A stretch of 33,034 nt of DNA from Thermoproteota archaeon (GCA_049700215.1 JBNAVT010000013.1:17278-50311); one strand, 5' to 3'; shown: positions 19,486 through 28,457, counted from the first letter of the stretch. Numbers and translations: made by a program. The notes: generated from the sequence alone by a model not told the origin.

Positions 19486-20520
19486 TTGCAGCATGCGAAG
19501 CTCATCCTGGGAGTGTTTTTAATCGCCGTGGGTGCCGGACTAGTGTTGGGCTTCCTGCCCGGGGAAACGCCATACCCGCAAGAGGAGCATCAGGCTGCCC
19601 CGAGGGAGGCTCGGGCGGAGTATGTTGAGAAACGCAACTATACTTACCTGCTGAGCCAGAGCTTCCTGCTTAGAAACCCGTCTAATAACACTGTAGCCGA
19701 CCTGGTTTACATGTTTCTCCCGGTTAACGCGAGCAACCAGTTCGTCAGGCTCCTGGAGACGAGTCTAGAGCCATTATACTGGAAGAACAGCGGCGACGGC
19801 GGCGTGATACTCGTATACAACGTCAGCCTGCCGAGCCGTGAAACCACTTGGCTGAACGCTACTCTTCAAGTAACGGTTGAAAAATACAGGCTTCTCGCCG
19901 AGAACCTTCCCTGGCTCAACTATTCTCAGGTTGAGAAGAACACTGGGGGTAAGAGATACTGGGCTGTTGAAAACCAGACATATGTTTCAATAGCCCAGGA
20001 CATCGGCCTAGACGCCAGGGACCCTCTGGAAGCGTGTAGAAACATTGGGAAATGGATTCTAGCCAGGCTTGACTACCAGCCGACTTGGAGAAGAGGCGCT
20101 GAGCACGCGCTCGTCACCAGGGGCGGCAGGCTGATCGTCTACGGGGACTGCGAGGAGGTTGCCGACGTTTTCGTAACGCTTGCAAGAATACTTGGAATAC
20201 GTTCGAGAGTTGCTCACGGCCTCTATCTGCTTGAGGACAAGGATGTTGTGACTATGTGGATCAGGAGGACTGAAACAGGTTACGAGACTTCGGACAACTG
20301 GGGCGGGCACGCTTGGCCGCAGATATATGTTTCCAAGGCGGGATGGGTTGACGTCGAGCTTCTTGAAGGGGGCACTGTTAAAATAGGAGACTTCTCCCAG
20401 TATCATGTTAAATACGGCTTCGAGGAGAAAAGCTTCCTCGGCTCAACCATGCTTTACTGCCAGGCGATGTACCTGGAGACAGACTTCTTCCACTTCACCT
20501 TCAGGAGGGTTGAGGGTTGA
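19486..20520 (+). CDS. Transglutaminase-like domain protein, N-terminally anchored
   Basis: GDCEE..DVFVTLAR.LGI.SR...G, HAW.QIY and GWVDVE (Cys-His-acid triad). Confidence 0.85.
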   Translation: MQHAKLILGVFLIAVGAGLVLGFLPGETPYPQEEHQAAPREARAEYVEKRNYTYLLSQSFLLRNPSNNTVADLVYMFLPVNASNQFVRLLETSLEPLYWKNSGDGGVILVYNVSLPSRETTWLNATLQVTVEKYRLLAENLPWLNYSQVEKNTGGKRYWAVENQTYVSIAQDIGLDARDPLEACRNIGKWILARLDYQPTWRRGAEHALVTRGGRLIVYGDCEEVADVFVTLARILGIRSRVAHGLYLLEDKDVVTMWIRRTETGYETSDNWGGHAWPQIYVSKAGWVDVELLEGGTVKIGDFSQYHVKYGFEEKSFLGSTMLYCQAMYLETDFFHFTFRRVEG

Positions 20521-21590
20521 AAAACTCCTGGAAAAACCTGGCAGTAATCATCGTAGCAGCCTCCCTATTGTTGAGAACCCTGCCCGCTAAGCCGCAGGAG
20601 AACTATCTGACTGGGCTCAACATGGAGGTTGAGTTCGCTGAAAACGGGGTTGCCAGGGTAACTTTGAAGCAACACCCGTTCGACGCATCCGGCAGAAGCC
20701 TTATTTCGAACACTGAGGTCGTGGAGAGAGTAATAGGCGAGGAGGACTCGATCATAAGCCTGGTCCTGCTCTTCTTCACGACGGATCCTTCTAAAACATC
20801 CTACGTGGTCCACTCGCATTCAAAGCTGGACGCTGGCGAACAGGTCTTATGCAACACGGGTACACCCGGCGAGATGAAGAGGTTCGAAGGCGCTGTGACG
20901 CTTACCGTCGACATACTTCTGAACACTACTAGCAGCCTAATACCGCTCGGAGGAGACGTTTACCAGATTGTTGTCACAGACTATTTCACGCTCACAGACC
21001 CGCGCAGCTGGATAGACGTTATGGATTTCAGGTTCACCGGGAGCGTTAGCCTCCTGAACTTTTCAGTAGACCCCTCCTGGGCTAAGCCTCCTGCAGTAGC
21101 GAGCCCAGCGCGGCTGCAATGGTTGAACATGAACGAGGCGGATGCCCCGGACAATTATGTTCTCACCCTCCGAATACCCGGGGTCGTTCTCTCGACAACT
21201 CCCCTAAGGCTTAGGGCGGAAGTGTCTGGAGCAAGGTTTTCAAACGCGACCTCAACCCTCCGGGTGGGTGTTAGAAACACTGGGGGCGACGAGGGAGTGT
21301 TCACCGTAGTTCTGCTCGAGGAGGGTTTTGAACAAGCCAGGAAGATAAGCCTTAAGCCGGGTGCTGAGGCCTGGGTAAGGTTCCCGGTTCACGCGCCGGA
21401 CGGTGGGGAGCTAGTGGTGAAAGTATACGGGGGAGGAGAGCAGCTGGACGAACAAAGGCTAACCGTCGCGGTTGAGAAGCCGGTGGAAAACCGGTTACCG
21501 ATGCTCAGCGCAATAGGCTTAATCCTGATGGTTATCGGCGGCTTCACGATACTTCTTTACCTCGGCGAGAGGCTTAAGCGTCAACGATAG
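20517..21590 (+). CDS. Secreted, membrane-anchored hypothetical protein with CARDB-like Ig domain
   Basis: Signal peptide, V.VRNTGG.EG..TV motif, C-terminal TM helix; overlaps the upstream stop by 4 nt. Its stop is the TAG of a motif copy. Confidence 0.7.
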   Translation: MKNSWKNLAVIIVAASLLLRTLPAKPQENYLTGLNMEVEFAENGVARVTLKQHPFDASGRSLISNTEVVERVIGEEDSIISLVLLFFTTDPSKTSYVVHSHSKLDAGEQVLCNTGTPGEMKRFEGAVTLTVDILLNTTSSLIPLGGDVYQIVVTDYFTLTDPRSWIDVMDFRFTGSVSLLNFSVDPSWAKPPAVASPARLQWLNMNEADAPDNYVLTLRIPGVVLSTTPLRLRAEVSGARFSNATSTLRVGVRNTGGDEGVFTVVLLEEGFEQARKISLKPGAEAWVRFPVHAPDGGELVVKVYGGGEQLDEQRLTVAVEKPVENRLPMLSAIGLILMVIGGFTILLYLGERLKRQR

Positions 21591-21599
21591 CGCGCGCTT
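21585..21599. repeat. TAG-(CG)n motif CGATAGCGCGCGCTT (identical 15-mer at 25053-25067)
   Basis: Read directly. Confidence 0.9.
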
Positions 21600-22332
21600 C
21601 GGGTTGAACACGGATCCTGAGACGAGGGTGAGGGTTCACGACGACGCGCGGGCGGCGATGTTGACAAGCGGGTGCTTAACGGTTCGCGTTGAGAAGGAGG
21701 GGGGATGGCGGGTTGCGTTCCAAGACGGCGGCCGCGTAGTCACGAGCAGCGGCTGGAGAGCAATGGGTCTGATGGATACTCCTGAGGGAAGATACATGAG
21801 GGAGCAGCTTTCCCTGGGCGTTGGCGAATGCGTCTACGGGCTGGGAGAGCGGTTCACAAGCTTCGTTAAAAACGGACAGACGGTTGAAACGTGGAACGAG
21901 GACGCTGGAACAGTCAGCGAGCACGCTTACAAGAATATTCCCTTCTACTTGACGAACAGGGGCTACGGGGTTTTCGTAAACCATCCGGAGAAAGTTTCCT
22001 TCGAAATAGCCTCTGAAAACGTTGAGAGAGTGCAGTTCAGCGTACCCGGGGAATACTTAGACTACTTCCATATATACGGGCCGTCGCCGAAGCAGGTTTT
22101 AACACGCTACACTGCTTTAACCGGGAGGCCAGCACCGCGATGACGCTGGAGGCGAGTAGAACAGGGGGGAAGCATCAGGGTTAGGGCTGACGGCTATTCT
22201 AGAAAATGGTTCCTGCTTCTAAGGGGAGTTGGCAGGGTTGAGTCGGTCGAGGGAGGGACGGCTAGAGCGGAACCGCTGGGCACGCTGATAACCCCGCTGG
22301 AAGACGCGGAACACCTATCCATCAGCCTTTAG
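21598..22332 (+). pseudogene. yicI: GH31 alpha-xylosidase (YicI-like) remnant lacking the N-terminus and the catalytic barrel
   Basis: GECVYGLGERFT.FVKNGQ.VETWNED.GT.SE.AYKNIPFYLTNRGYGVFVNHP...RYTALTGRPA is joined directly to a YicI-like C-terminus (TLEASRTG, frameshift, SIRVRADG..KW.LLLRGV...GTLITP...ISL*). Confidence 0.85.
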
Positions 22333-22477
22333 CGTTTTTAAGGACCCTGGGAGCCGGTGAAGAAAACACACCATTATGTTTTCCAGCCATCCTCCGTTTC
22401 CCCCGCGCTAGAAACCTAGGGCAAGCGCAGCTTTGAACGCCCTAGTGTCAGTGGTAAATCAGCCCCTATTCAGAGTG

Positions 22478-22491
22478 AAAAATATTATAAC
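22478..22491 (+). promoter_or_regulatory. Putative BRE/TATA promoter of the UroD-family gene
   Basis: AAAATATTATAA about 27-38 nt upstream of the ATG at 22517. Confidence 0.5.
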
Positions 22492-22516
22492 TTAAGCCGA
22501 ATGCTTAACACGGAGA

Positions 22517-23581
22517 ATGTGCTACGAGAGGGGTCTTGCAGCAGTGATGCTTGAGGAAGCCGACCGGGTTGCTCAAGTAGAGTTCATCTCGCACACGGGC
22601 TTCGTGAGGAAAGTCTCGGGAATAGACCCGGTGAAGCATCCTGATGAAGCCCTTAGAAAAACGTATGGTGCTCTCGACCTAGACATGATCTGGGCAACCT
22701 GGGACCCGGTGCACCCGTGGGATATTCTTGGGAGAAACACGGAATACTTCAAGACCAGGGTGGACTCGTGGTCGGAAGCATACCCGACGACGTGGAGAAC
22801 AGTCTTCAAAGTTAAATCCGTTGAAGACGTTCTGGAGTTCAACCCTCTGGAGGAGTGGAGAATACCGGGTAGAGAGGAGCTGGCTGAGTTCTTCAGAAGA
22901 GAACACTCCGCGAAGCAAGCGTTCTACAGGAGCCAACTGGTTCCAGGAGGCAAGTACCAGACGTGCTTCATGTGGCTGATAATGACTTTCGGATTGGAGT
23001 GGACTGTTAAGGCAGCTCACCGCGACCCGAAGCGTTTCGAAAAACTCTTGGATAGGTTCCACAGGGTTTCGAGACTCGAGTTCGAAGCGTGGGCGGAGAC
23101 AGACATTAAGGTTTTCATAAGCCACGACGACATCTGCTCCACTAGAGGACCATTCTTCCCGCCGAAGTGGCTCAGGAAACATGTTTTCCCACGCTACGAA
23201 GAGCTCTGGAGCATTCTGAAGCAAAAAGGGATAAGGGTTCTCTTCTGCTCGGACGGCGACGTCACCACGATAGTTGACGACATAGCTAGGGCTGGGGCAG
23301 ACGGGTTCATACTGGAGGAGTGCAGCGACCTAGGAAGCATAGTTGAGAAACACGGCTCCGACAAGGTTATAGTGGGGGGAGTGGACATCGGTGTTTTAAC
23401 ATACGGGAGTGTTCAAGAAGTTGTCAGCGAGGTTAAAAAATGCTTGAGGATAGCCGGCGGATACCCGGGCTACTTCATAAACGTCTCAGGCTCTATTCCT
23501 GACAACGTTCCCATGGAGAATCTTGAAGCATATTTCGAAGCCTGTAGAAAATACGGCAGGAGGCCGGTTGAACTAGCCTAG
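22517..23581 (+). CDS. Uroporphyrinogen decarboxylase-family (URO-D/MtaA-like) TIM-barrel protein
   Basis: HDD....GPFF.P.WLR..VFP.Y, FCSDGD, GADG, IVGGVD..L..GS.QEV..EV and IPDNVP.EN motifs. Confidence 0.85.
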   Translation: MCYERGLAAVMLEEADRVAQVEFISHTGFVRKVSGIDPVKHPDEALRKTYGALDLDMIWATWDPVHPWDILGRNTEYFKTRVDSWSEAYPTTWRTVFKVKSVEDVLEFNPLEEWRIPGREELAEFFRREHSAKQAFYRSQLVPGGKYQTCFMWLIMTFGLEWTVKAAHRDPKRFEKLLDRFHRVSRLEFEAWAETDIKVFISHDDICSTRGPFFPPKWLRKHVFPRYEELWSILKQKGIRVLFCSDGDVTTIVDDIARAGADGFILEECSDLGSIVEKHGSDKVIVGGVDIGVLTYGSVQEVVSEVKKCLRIAGGYPGYFINVSGSIPDNVPMENLEAYFEACRKYGRRPVELA

Positions 23582-25008
23582 TGCGCCGCCCCTTTTCGTT
23601 TTCAGACGGCTTGAGACGTTTCGTCGGAAAAGCGCGCGCGCTCACCCTCACCACCATAGTGCTTGTAAGCGCCGCGGTCTTCGCATACTGTACTTCAAGC
23701 TTGGCTGCGGGATGGGCTGACCCGCCTGTAAGGCTTCGAGACCCGGGAACGCTGGGCGTCACAGTAAATCTTTACGATGACGATACAAGCGCGAGAGTGG
23801 ACGTGACTAGCCAAGGAGTCCTTGCGCGTGTCCGGAGAAGCGCCTTCATCTGGGACGACTACTCCGACGATCCTTTCACCAGCGGGAGGCTCACCGTTAA
23901 CGATGGAGCATGGAGCTGGAACCCGGCGGGATACGTGGCGGTAACAGCAAGCTATTTAGCCCAGACTTGGGGAGGCGCGTGCGTCGCCTACTATTCCACC
24001 AGCCCACCTGCTGGAGCCAGCGTGATACACGTGCTTGTGAAGGAACTTCACATTACGAATGCGAACAATCAGTACAGTGGGCTTATCACTGCTAATTCAC
24101 CCGTGCTTTTCAACCTGATTGGGTATCGCCGTGGAACCGGGTCCAACAGGTTTATAACTATAAGGAGGTTTTCAGGCGCCTGGTCCACTCTCGTCACTGC
24201 TTCATTAACACTGGCTGAGAACACTTGGTTCATCCTGCTGGGAAGGAGAGAATACTCCGGATCAGTTGGTTTAACCGTCTATGACTCTGCTGGCGTGCAG
24301 CAAGGCAGCCCTATAGGCGCCGCGGACACAGCGTTCCAGGTTAATCTCGTCGGAGTCGGCGTGTACAGGGCAGGGGTCACCATAACGGCGCGTTTCGACG
24401 ACTTCGTTGCCTGCGCCGACGCTAACCCTAGCTTCGTAAACGTCACGGGGCTTGAAGAAGGCTGGACGGTCTATCTCTACGATGAAAACGGGAACCCTGT
24501 AAACCAGGCTACAGCAGGCCAGGATGGGAAGGCGAGCCTAAATGTTTTAACCAGGCCCATAGTCAGGAATGCCCGCTTCGAAATAAGGCTTGGAGAAACA
24601 ATCATCCTGCCCCCGCAATCGTTCAGCGAGGTTGTCGGCGGCGACGTTTACGAGTGCAGCATAAAAGACATGGTTATCCTAGGCTTTCAAAACCAGGATT
24701 CTAAGGCTTACAGCGTCTACCTTAAGGTTGAAAGCATCCAGGTTCCGCCGGGATACTCCGGCTCGATAAACCTGTGGGTTGGGCCGGATGCTGGAACAAC
24801 ACCTATTCAAATAGTTGGAGACAGTGTTCTAGTGGACACTACTTCAGAAATAAACTTGAATCCATCTGATACTGGCCATATTCACAGCACATTCTCCCTG
24901 AGCCCGGCACCGCCCTCGCAAATAGTGCTTTCTCTCAGCCTCCACTACTATATTCCAAGCTCCAAGGTTGAAGTAGAGTATCCTGTTGAGGTGAGTATGC
25001 ACAGGTAG
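23581..25008 (+). CDS. Secreted protein, possibly a TasA/archaeal-bundling-pilin-like subunit with inserted beta-sandwich domain; true 5' end uncertain
   Basis: Hydrophobic signal segment, then PPVRL...TSARVDV; beta-rich body; C-terminal ILGFQNQD.KAYSVYL...IQI.GD...LHY...VEYPVEV; no C-terminal anchor; lies upstream of a signal peptidase. Confidence 0.6.
   Translation: MRRPFSFSDGLRRFVGKARALTLTTIVLVSAAVFAYCTSSLAAGWADPPVRLRDPGTLGVTVNLYDDDTSARVDVTSQGVLARVRRSAFIWDDYSDDPFTSGRLTVNDGAWSWNPAGYVAVTASYLAQTWGGACVAYYSTSPPAGASVIHVLVKELHITNANNQYSGLITANSPVLFNLIGYRRGTGSNRFITIRRFSGAWSTLVTASLTLAENTWFILLGRREYSGSVGLTVYDSAGVQQGSPIGAADTAFQVNLVGVGVYRAGVTITARFDDFVACADANPSFVNVTGLEEGWTVYLYDENGNPVNQATAGQDGKASLNVLTRPIVRNARFEIRLGETIILPPQSFSEVVGGDVYECSIKDMVILGFQNQDSKAYSVYLKVESIQVPPGYSGSINLWVGPDAGTTPIQIVGDSVLVDTTSEINLNPSDTGHIHSTFSLSPAPPSQIVLSLSLHYYIPSSKVEVEYPVEVSMHR
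23631..23642. repeat. Motif core, 12-bp palindrome AGCGCGCGCGCT
   Basis: Read directly; immediately before the signal-peptide hydrophobic segment. Confidence 0.8.
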
Positions 25009-25022
25009 GGAAAGGGGGTTAG

Positions 25023-25153
25023 ATGCATGCCACGCCAACCTGCCTGGGGAAGCGATAGCGCGCGCTTATTCTGACCTTAAGCACGATTCTGCCGTGGTTG
25101 AGACAGAGCGTTTAAACAATATTGTTAGCCCCACCGCGGGGGTGCGTCCATAG
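25023..25153 (+). pseudogene. Probable collapsed gene remnant (start plus tail fused at a motif copy, 25053-25067)
   Basis: G-rich RBS and ATG at 25023, reading MHATPTCLGKR to the motif TAG. A different frame after the motif reads YSDLKHDSAVVETERLNNIVSP... and stops at 25153, 3 nt before the next ATG. Confidence 0.45.
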
Positions 25154-25156
25154 GAG

Positions 25157-26299
25157 ATGGAGCCACCCAACCCCTTCAAGTGTTCGCGGCGCAGTCTTCA
25201 TCTAGCAGGCTATTTCCTCCTCGCCATCCTCATCCTACTCGCCTTAGCAAGGTTCCTAGACCTACCGGTTTCTTTCTTCATGGTTTCAGGCAGGTCGATG
25301 GAGCCAACCCTTTTGATCGGCGACCTTGTTTTCGGCGTTAAGGCCAACTATACTGTTGGCGACATAGTTATTGTCGAGGGTGCTAACAGAGTCAACTGCA
25401 TAGTCCACAGGGTTGTGGAAATAACCCTGAGAAGCGTCACCACCAAGGGCGATGCTAACCCTGGCCCGGATAACCCGGTGGGCAGGGAGCACGTGCTCTA
25501 CAGGGTTTTCCTAGTTGTCCCAAGGCTCCTCTGGATCCCGCCGCTTCTAGCCGTTTTATTCCTCACGGGGCTCAGGTATTTGAAGAGTCTTCTCCACGGG
25601 GCGGAGCTCGGCAGGACCCTATTAACCATCGTCCTTTTCTTCTCCGTTTTCGACATCGCCACTATGACGATGATCCCAATATTCCATGTTAACCAGGCTA
25701 TAGAGGTTAAGAGGCCCAGCATAGTTCTGCGGTCAGCATCCCTCTCAGGAGACTACCGGTTTTTCAAAGCCGTCTACGGGAGCGTAAGCATGCTGGAGCC
25801 CATCAGAGTGGGTTGGGTTAGGATCAACATAACCAGCATGGAGTTCACACCCAGCGAGTATTTTCTCGAGAACAACACTCTGATAGTGAGCATTCCGCAA
25901 GGGGTTTACGATGTCCTATACGCAAACTCGTCTTCAACCGCGTGCAGCTTCCGGGTATACTGTAACATCGTCTTCGACAAAGCTAGCCTCTACGGCTCCT
26001 ACCCTGTTGTTTTAAGCTGGAGGAGGCTTGAAGTCAAGACGGTTAACGACACTTTCACGGTTTTCAACAATAATCCCGTCGCCTTCAACGCCACGTTTGA
26101 AATCCAGTATTACGATCTCGACCAGTTTGGAAGACTCTACCACATTGGCTCAGACAGGTTTAACAAGACGCTTCAGCCTGTTTCAAGCTTCACGGTTAAG
26201 CCTGAGAAGAAGGGCGTCACCTGCTACATCATAATGAGGTATGTTTTCCTTGGAGACAGCGTTATGGAGTCCAGGAAGGTGAATCTGGTTGACGGCTAA
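25157..26299 (+). CDS. Signal peptidase I (S26B, archaeal/SipW-type) with long C-terminal TM and extracellular extension
   Basis: VSGRSMEPTL..GD, GDIV, IVHRV and TKGDAN..PD motifs (Ser-His type), followed by two TM helices and a beta-rich domain. Confidence 0.85.
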   Translation: MEPPNPFKCSRRSLHLAGYFLLAILILLALARFLDLPVSFFMVSGRSMEPTLLIGDLVFGVKANYTVGDIVIVEGANRVNCIVHRVVEITLRSVTTKGDANPGPDNPVGREHVLYRVFLVVPRLLWIPPLLAVLFLTGLRYLKSLLHGAELGRTLLTIVLFFSVFDIATMTMIPIFHVNQAIEVKRPSIVLRSASLSGDYRFFKAVYGSVSMLEPIRVGWVRINITSMEFTPSEYFLENNTLIVSIPQGVYDVLYANSSSTACSFRVYCNIVFDKASLYGSYPVVLSWRRLEVKTVNDTFTVFNNNPVAFNATFEIQYYDLDQFGRLYHIGSDRFNKTLQPVSSFTVKPEKKGVTCYIIMRYVFLGDSVMESRKVNLVDG

Positions 26300-26906
26300 G
26301 ATAATGATTCGGCTTGAAAAAAGGCTTCGAAGATTGCTGCTGCTCGGCGCCCTGGCCTCAGTGGCTACGGGAGTATTCTTCATAGTGCTGCTAAGCCTCC
26401 CGCTCGTGGTTTTCGACGGCGACATGCTGAACGGGAGTGTCGCAATAACATGGTACGACTTGAAGAACTACGGTGAGCCTGTTGAACACCCAGGCTTGGC
26501 AAGCATCCCCCTTCTTTCAATACCCGTCTTCGTCACAGCGTTCTTCAGCATAGCCACTGGCTTGTTAACAATAGTTAAGGCTTCCAGGAGCAGCATGGTC
26601 AGCCACATTATTGTCGAACTCCTACTGGGTGGTTTAGAGGCCTGCGTGGTTTTCACCGGCGTGTTCTACTCTCTGAGGTTCAACGTCATCCACGCTGTCT
26701 CAGTTCTTTCAACACAGGTCGGCGGAGCCGGTTCAGCAGACCTGCTCGTCGTCCAGGGCTCGGCTAGAAGCGAGACCCTAGCGTCAACACTGATAAGACA
26801 GTTCTACCCGCTGGTCTTCGCAAACACTCTGCTCACGGTTCTCGTAGCGATAATAGGCTATGAGACTGCTAAGGCTTTAGAAACCCCTGTTGAAGGACAG
26901 GTTTAA
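26289..26906 (+). CDS. Hypothetical integral membrane protein (about 4 TM)
   Basis: Four hydrophobic segments; overlaps the signal peptidase stop, suggesting translational coupling. Confidence 0.65.
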   Translation: MTAKIMIRLEKRLRRLLLLGALASVATGVFFIVLLSLPLVVFDGDMLNGSVAITWYDLKNYGEPVEHPGLASIPLLSIPVFVTAFFSIATGLLTIVKASRSSMVSHIIVELLLGGLEACVVFTGVFYSLRFNVIHAVSVLSTQVGGAGSADLLVVQGSARSETLASTLIRQFYPLVFANTLLTVLVAIIGYETAKALETPVEGQV

Positions 26907-26963
26907 CGTATGCAGCGCGCGAAAGCAAGTCTTAATAATCTAGGGGGCTGTTTTCAAAATGGC

Positions 26964-27359
26964 TTGAGAGACGAGGCTTCAAGATGGTTAAAGGAGGGGG
27001 TTTGGGACCTAGAGACCGCGAAGATACTTCATAACTCGGGACGGTACAACGCAGCCGCCTACTATTCACACCAAGCTGCTGAGAAGGCTGTCAAGGCCCT
27101 ACTCTACCTTGTGAACGAGGCTGCTTGGGGCCACAGCGTGAGAATACTGTTGGAGAGGTTTGCGGAGAAGAAGAAGCTGATGGTCAACGAGCTTCTACAA
27201 TACGCTAGGGAGCTGGACAGACACTACATACCTTCACGATATCCTAATGCGCATCCTGCGGGAACGCCTCATGAAGCCTATGATGAGAACACGTCCCTGA
27301 AAGCCGTCGAAGCCGCGGAGCGTTTAATCAGCTTCGCGAGGAAATTCATCGAGACGTGA
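26964..27359 (+). CDS. HEPN-domain protein (MNT-HEPN module)
   Basis: RW...DLETA...YN.AAY.SHQAAEKAVKA, GHSV..L and LDRHYIPSRYP. TTG 26964 is a more likely start than the track's 26910. Confidence 0.9.
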   Translation: MRDEASRWLKEGVWDLETAKILHNSGRYNAAAYYSHQAAEKAVKALLYLVNEAAWGHSVRILLERFAEKKKLMVNELLQYARELDRHYIPSRYPNAHPAGTPHEAYDENTSLKAVEAAERLISFARKFIET

Positions 27360-27371
27360 GGATGCTTACTC

Positions 27372-27773
27372 TTGCATGGCGTTGAGGATGTTGTGAAAAG
27401 GCTGGCTTCAAGATACAGGCTTACAGCAGTAATACTCTTCGGCTCCCGCGCCAGAGGAGACTGGGGACCCTGGAGCGACTACGACCTGCTAATAATAGGA
27501 GGCTTTGAGAAAAACTATGTTGACAGAATAGGCGAGATCCTGGAGCTCCTCTCAGACGTAAAGATCCCGGTGGAACCACACCCCTATACTCTTCAAGAGG
27601 CTTTGCAGATGCTGGGTGAAGGAAACCCGCTGATGGTTGACGCGATTGAGGAGGGAATGGTGCTTTACAGGAGTGGGGACTACGACAGGCTGCTCGAAAC
27701 CTTCCGGAGGCTCAGGGAAAAAGGCATGCGGAGAAGCAGCACATCCATTATCCTGCCTGAGAAAGACGCTTAA
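27372..27773 (+). CDS. Minimal nucleotidyltransferase (MNT), partner of HEPN
   Basis: ILFGSRARGD....SDYDLLII motif. Confidence 0.9.
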   Translation: MHGVEDVVKRLASRYRLTAVILFGSRARGDWGPWSDYDLLIIGGFEKNYVDRIGEILELLSDVKIPVEPHPYTLQEALQMLGEGNPLMVDAIEEGMVLYRSGDYDRLLETFRRLREKGMRRSSTSIILPEKDA

Positions 27774-27974
27774 CCCCTGTTCCCCTAAGCGTGATTCCAA
27801 AGCAAACTGATTCCAGCGTGCTAAAGCCTAGGCGGCAACACACGCTTGAAACACGCGGTGGCGAAAACCGTTTTGAAAGAAACCAGTGCAACCCGCCTCC
27901 TTGAAACGCGTCAGCAGCATTTAGCATGGCCTCTGGCGACGCGCAAACGGGTTTGAAAAAAAGATTTTCGGGGG

Positions 27975-28202
27975 TTAAGTGGCTTCCAAGAGAGTCTCAG
28001 TGCTTCTAACGCCCTTTAAAGACAGTATTTTCAAAGCTGTTTTCCTCAAGCCCTTAACGTCCTCAGCCTTGATGAAGACCACGGCGTCGAACCTTCCGAA
28101 AACAGGGTAAGCGTCTACAACACCCTTAATCTTCGAAGCAGCCTGACAGATTTCAAGAGCAGCCGCGTAACCTGCTTTAACAAGCATGACTCCCCTAATC
28201 AT
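27975..28202 (-). CDS. Stand-alone Lrp/AsnC ligand-binding (RAM) domain protein
   Basis: 75 aa; GV...Y.VFGRFDAVV and GVRSTETL; no HTH. Confidence 0.85.
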   Translation of the reverse strand: MIRGVMLVKAGYAAALEICQAASKIKGVVDAYPVFGRFDAVVFIKAEDVKGLRKTALKILSLKGVRSTETLLEAT

Positions 28203-28206
28203 GACT

Positions 28207-28434
28207 CTACACCTCCAGCGCTATCAGCGTCTCGGTTGCAAGCACGCCACTGACCCTGCTGATCTCAGACAACAGTGACGCAAGCTCCTTGAAATCACTA
28301 ACCTTCGCGTCCACAACAACGTCAGTCCTACCGAAGGTTGGGAAAACCATTTTAACGCCAGCCATGCCTTTTATTTTCCTAGAAACATCCTTATGCTTCC
28401 CGGGACCGGTTTTAACCAGGATACATGCTTTCAT
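28207..28434 (-). CDS. Stand-alone Lrp/AsnC ligand-binding (RAM) domain protein
   Basis: 75 aa; ACILVK..PG, FGRTDVVV and GVLATETLI; no HTH. Confidence 0.85.
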   Translation of the reverse strand: MKACILVKTGPGKHKDVSRKIKGMAGVKMVFPTFGRTDVVVDAKVSDFKELASLLSEISRVSGVLATETLIALEV

Positions 28435-28457
28435 TTCTACACTTATAGTGGGCGGAG

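Noticed and set aside
26910-26963. N-terminal extension of the HEPN ORF in the track
   Set aside because: It runs through a motif copy and a promoter-like stretch. HEPN similarity begins at TTG 26964.
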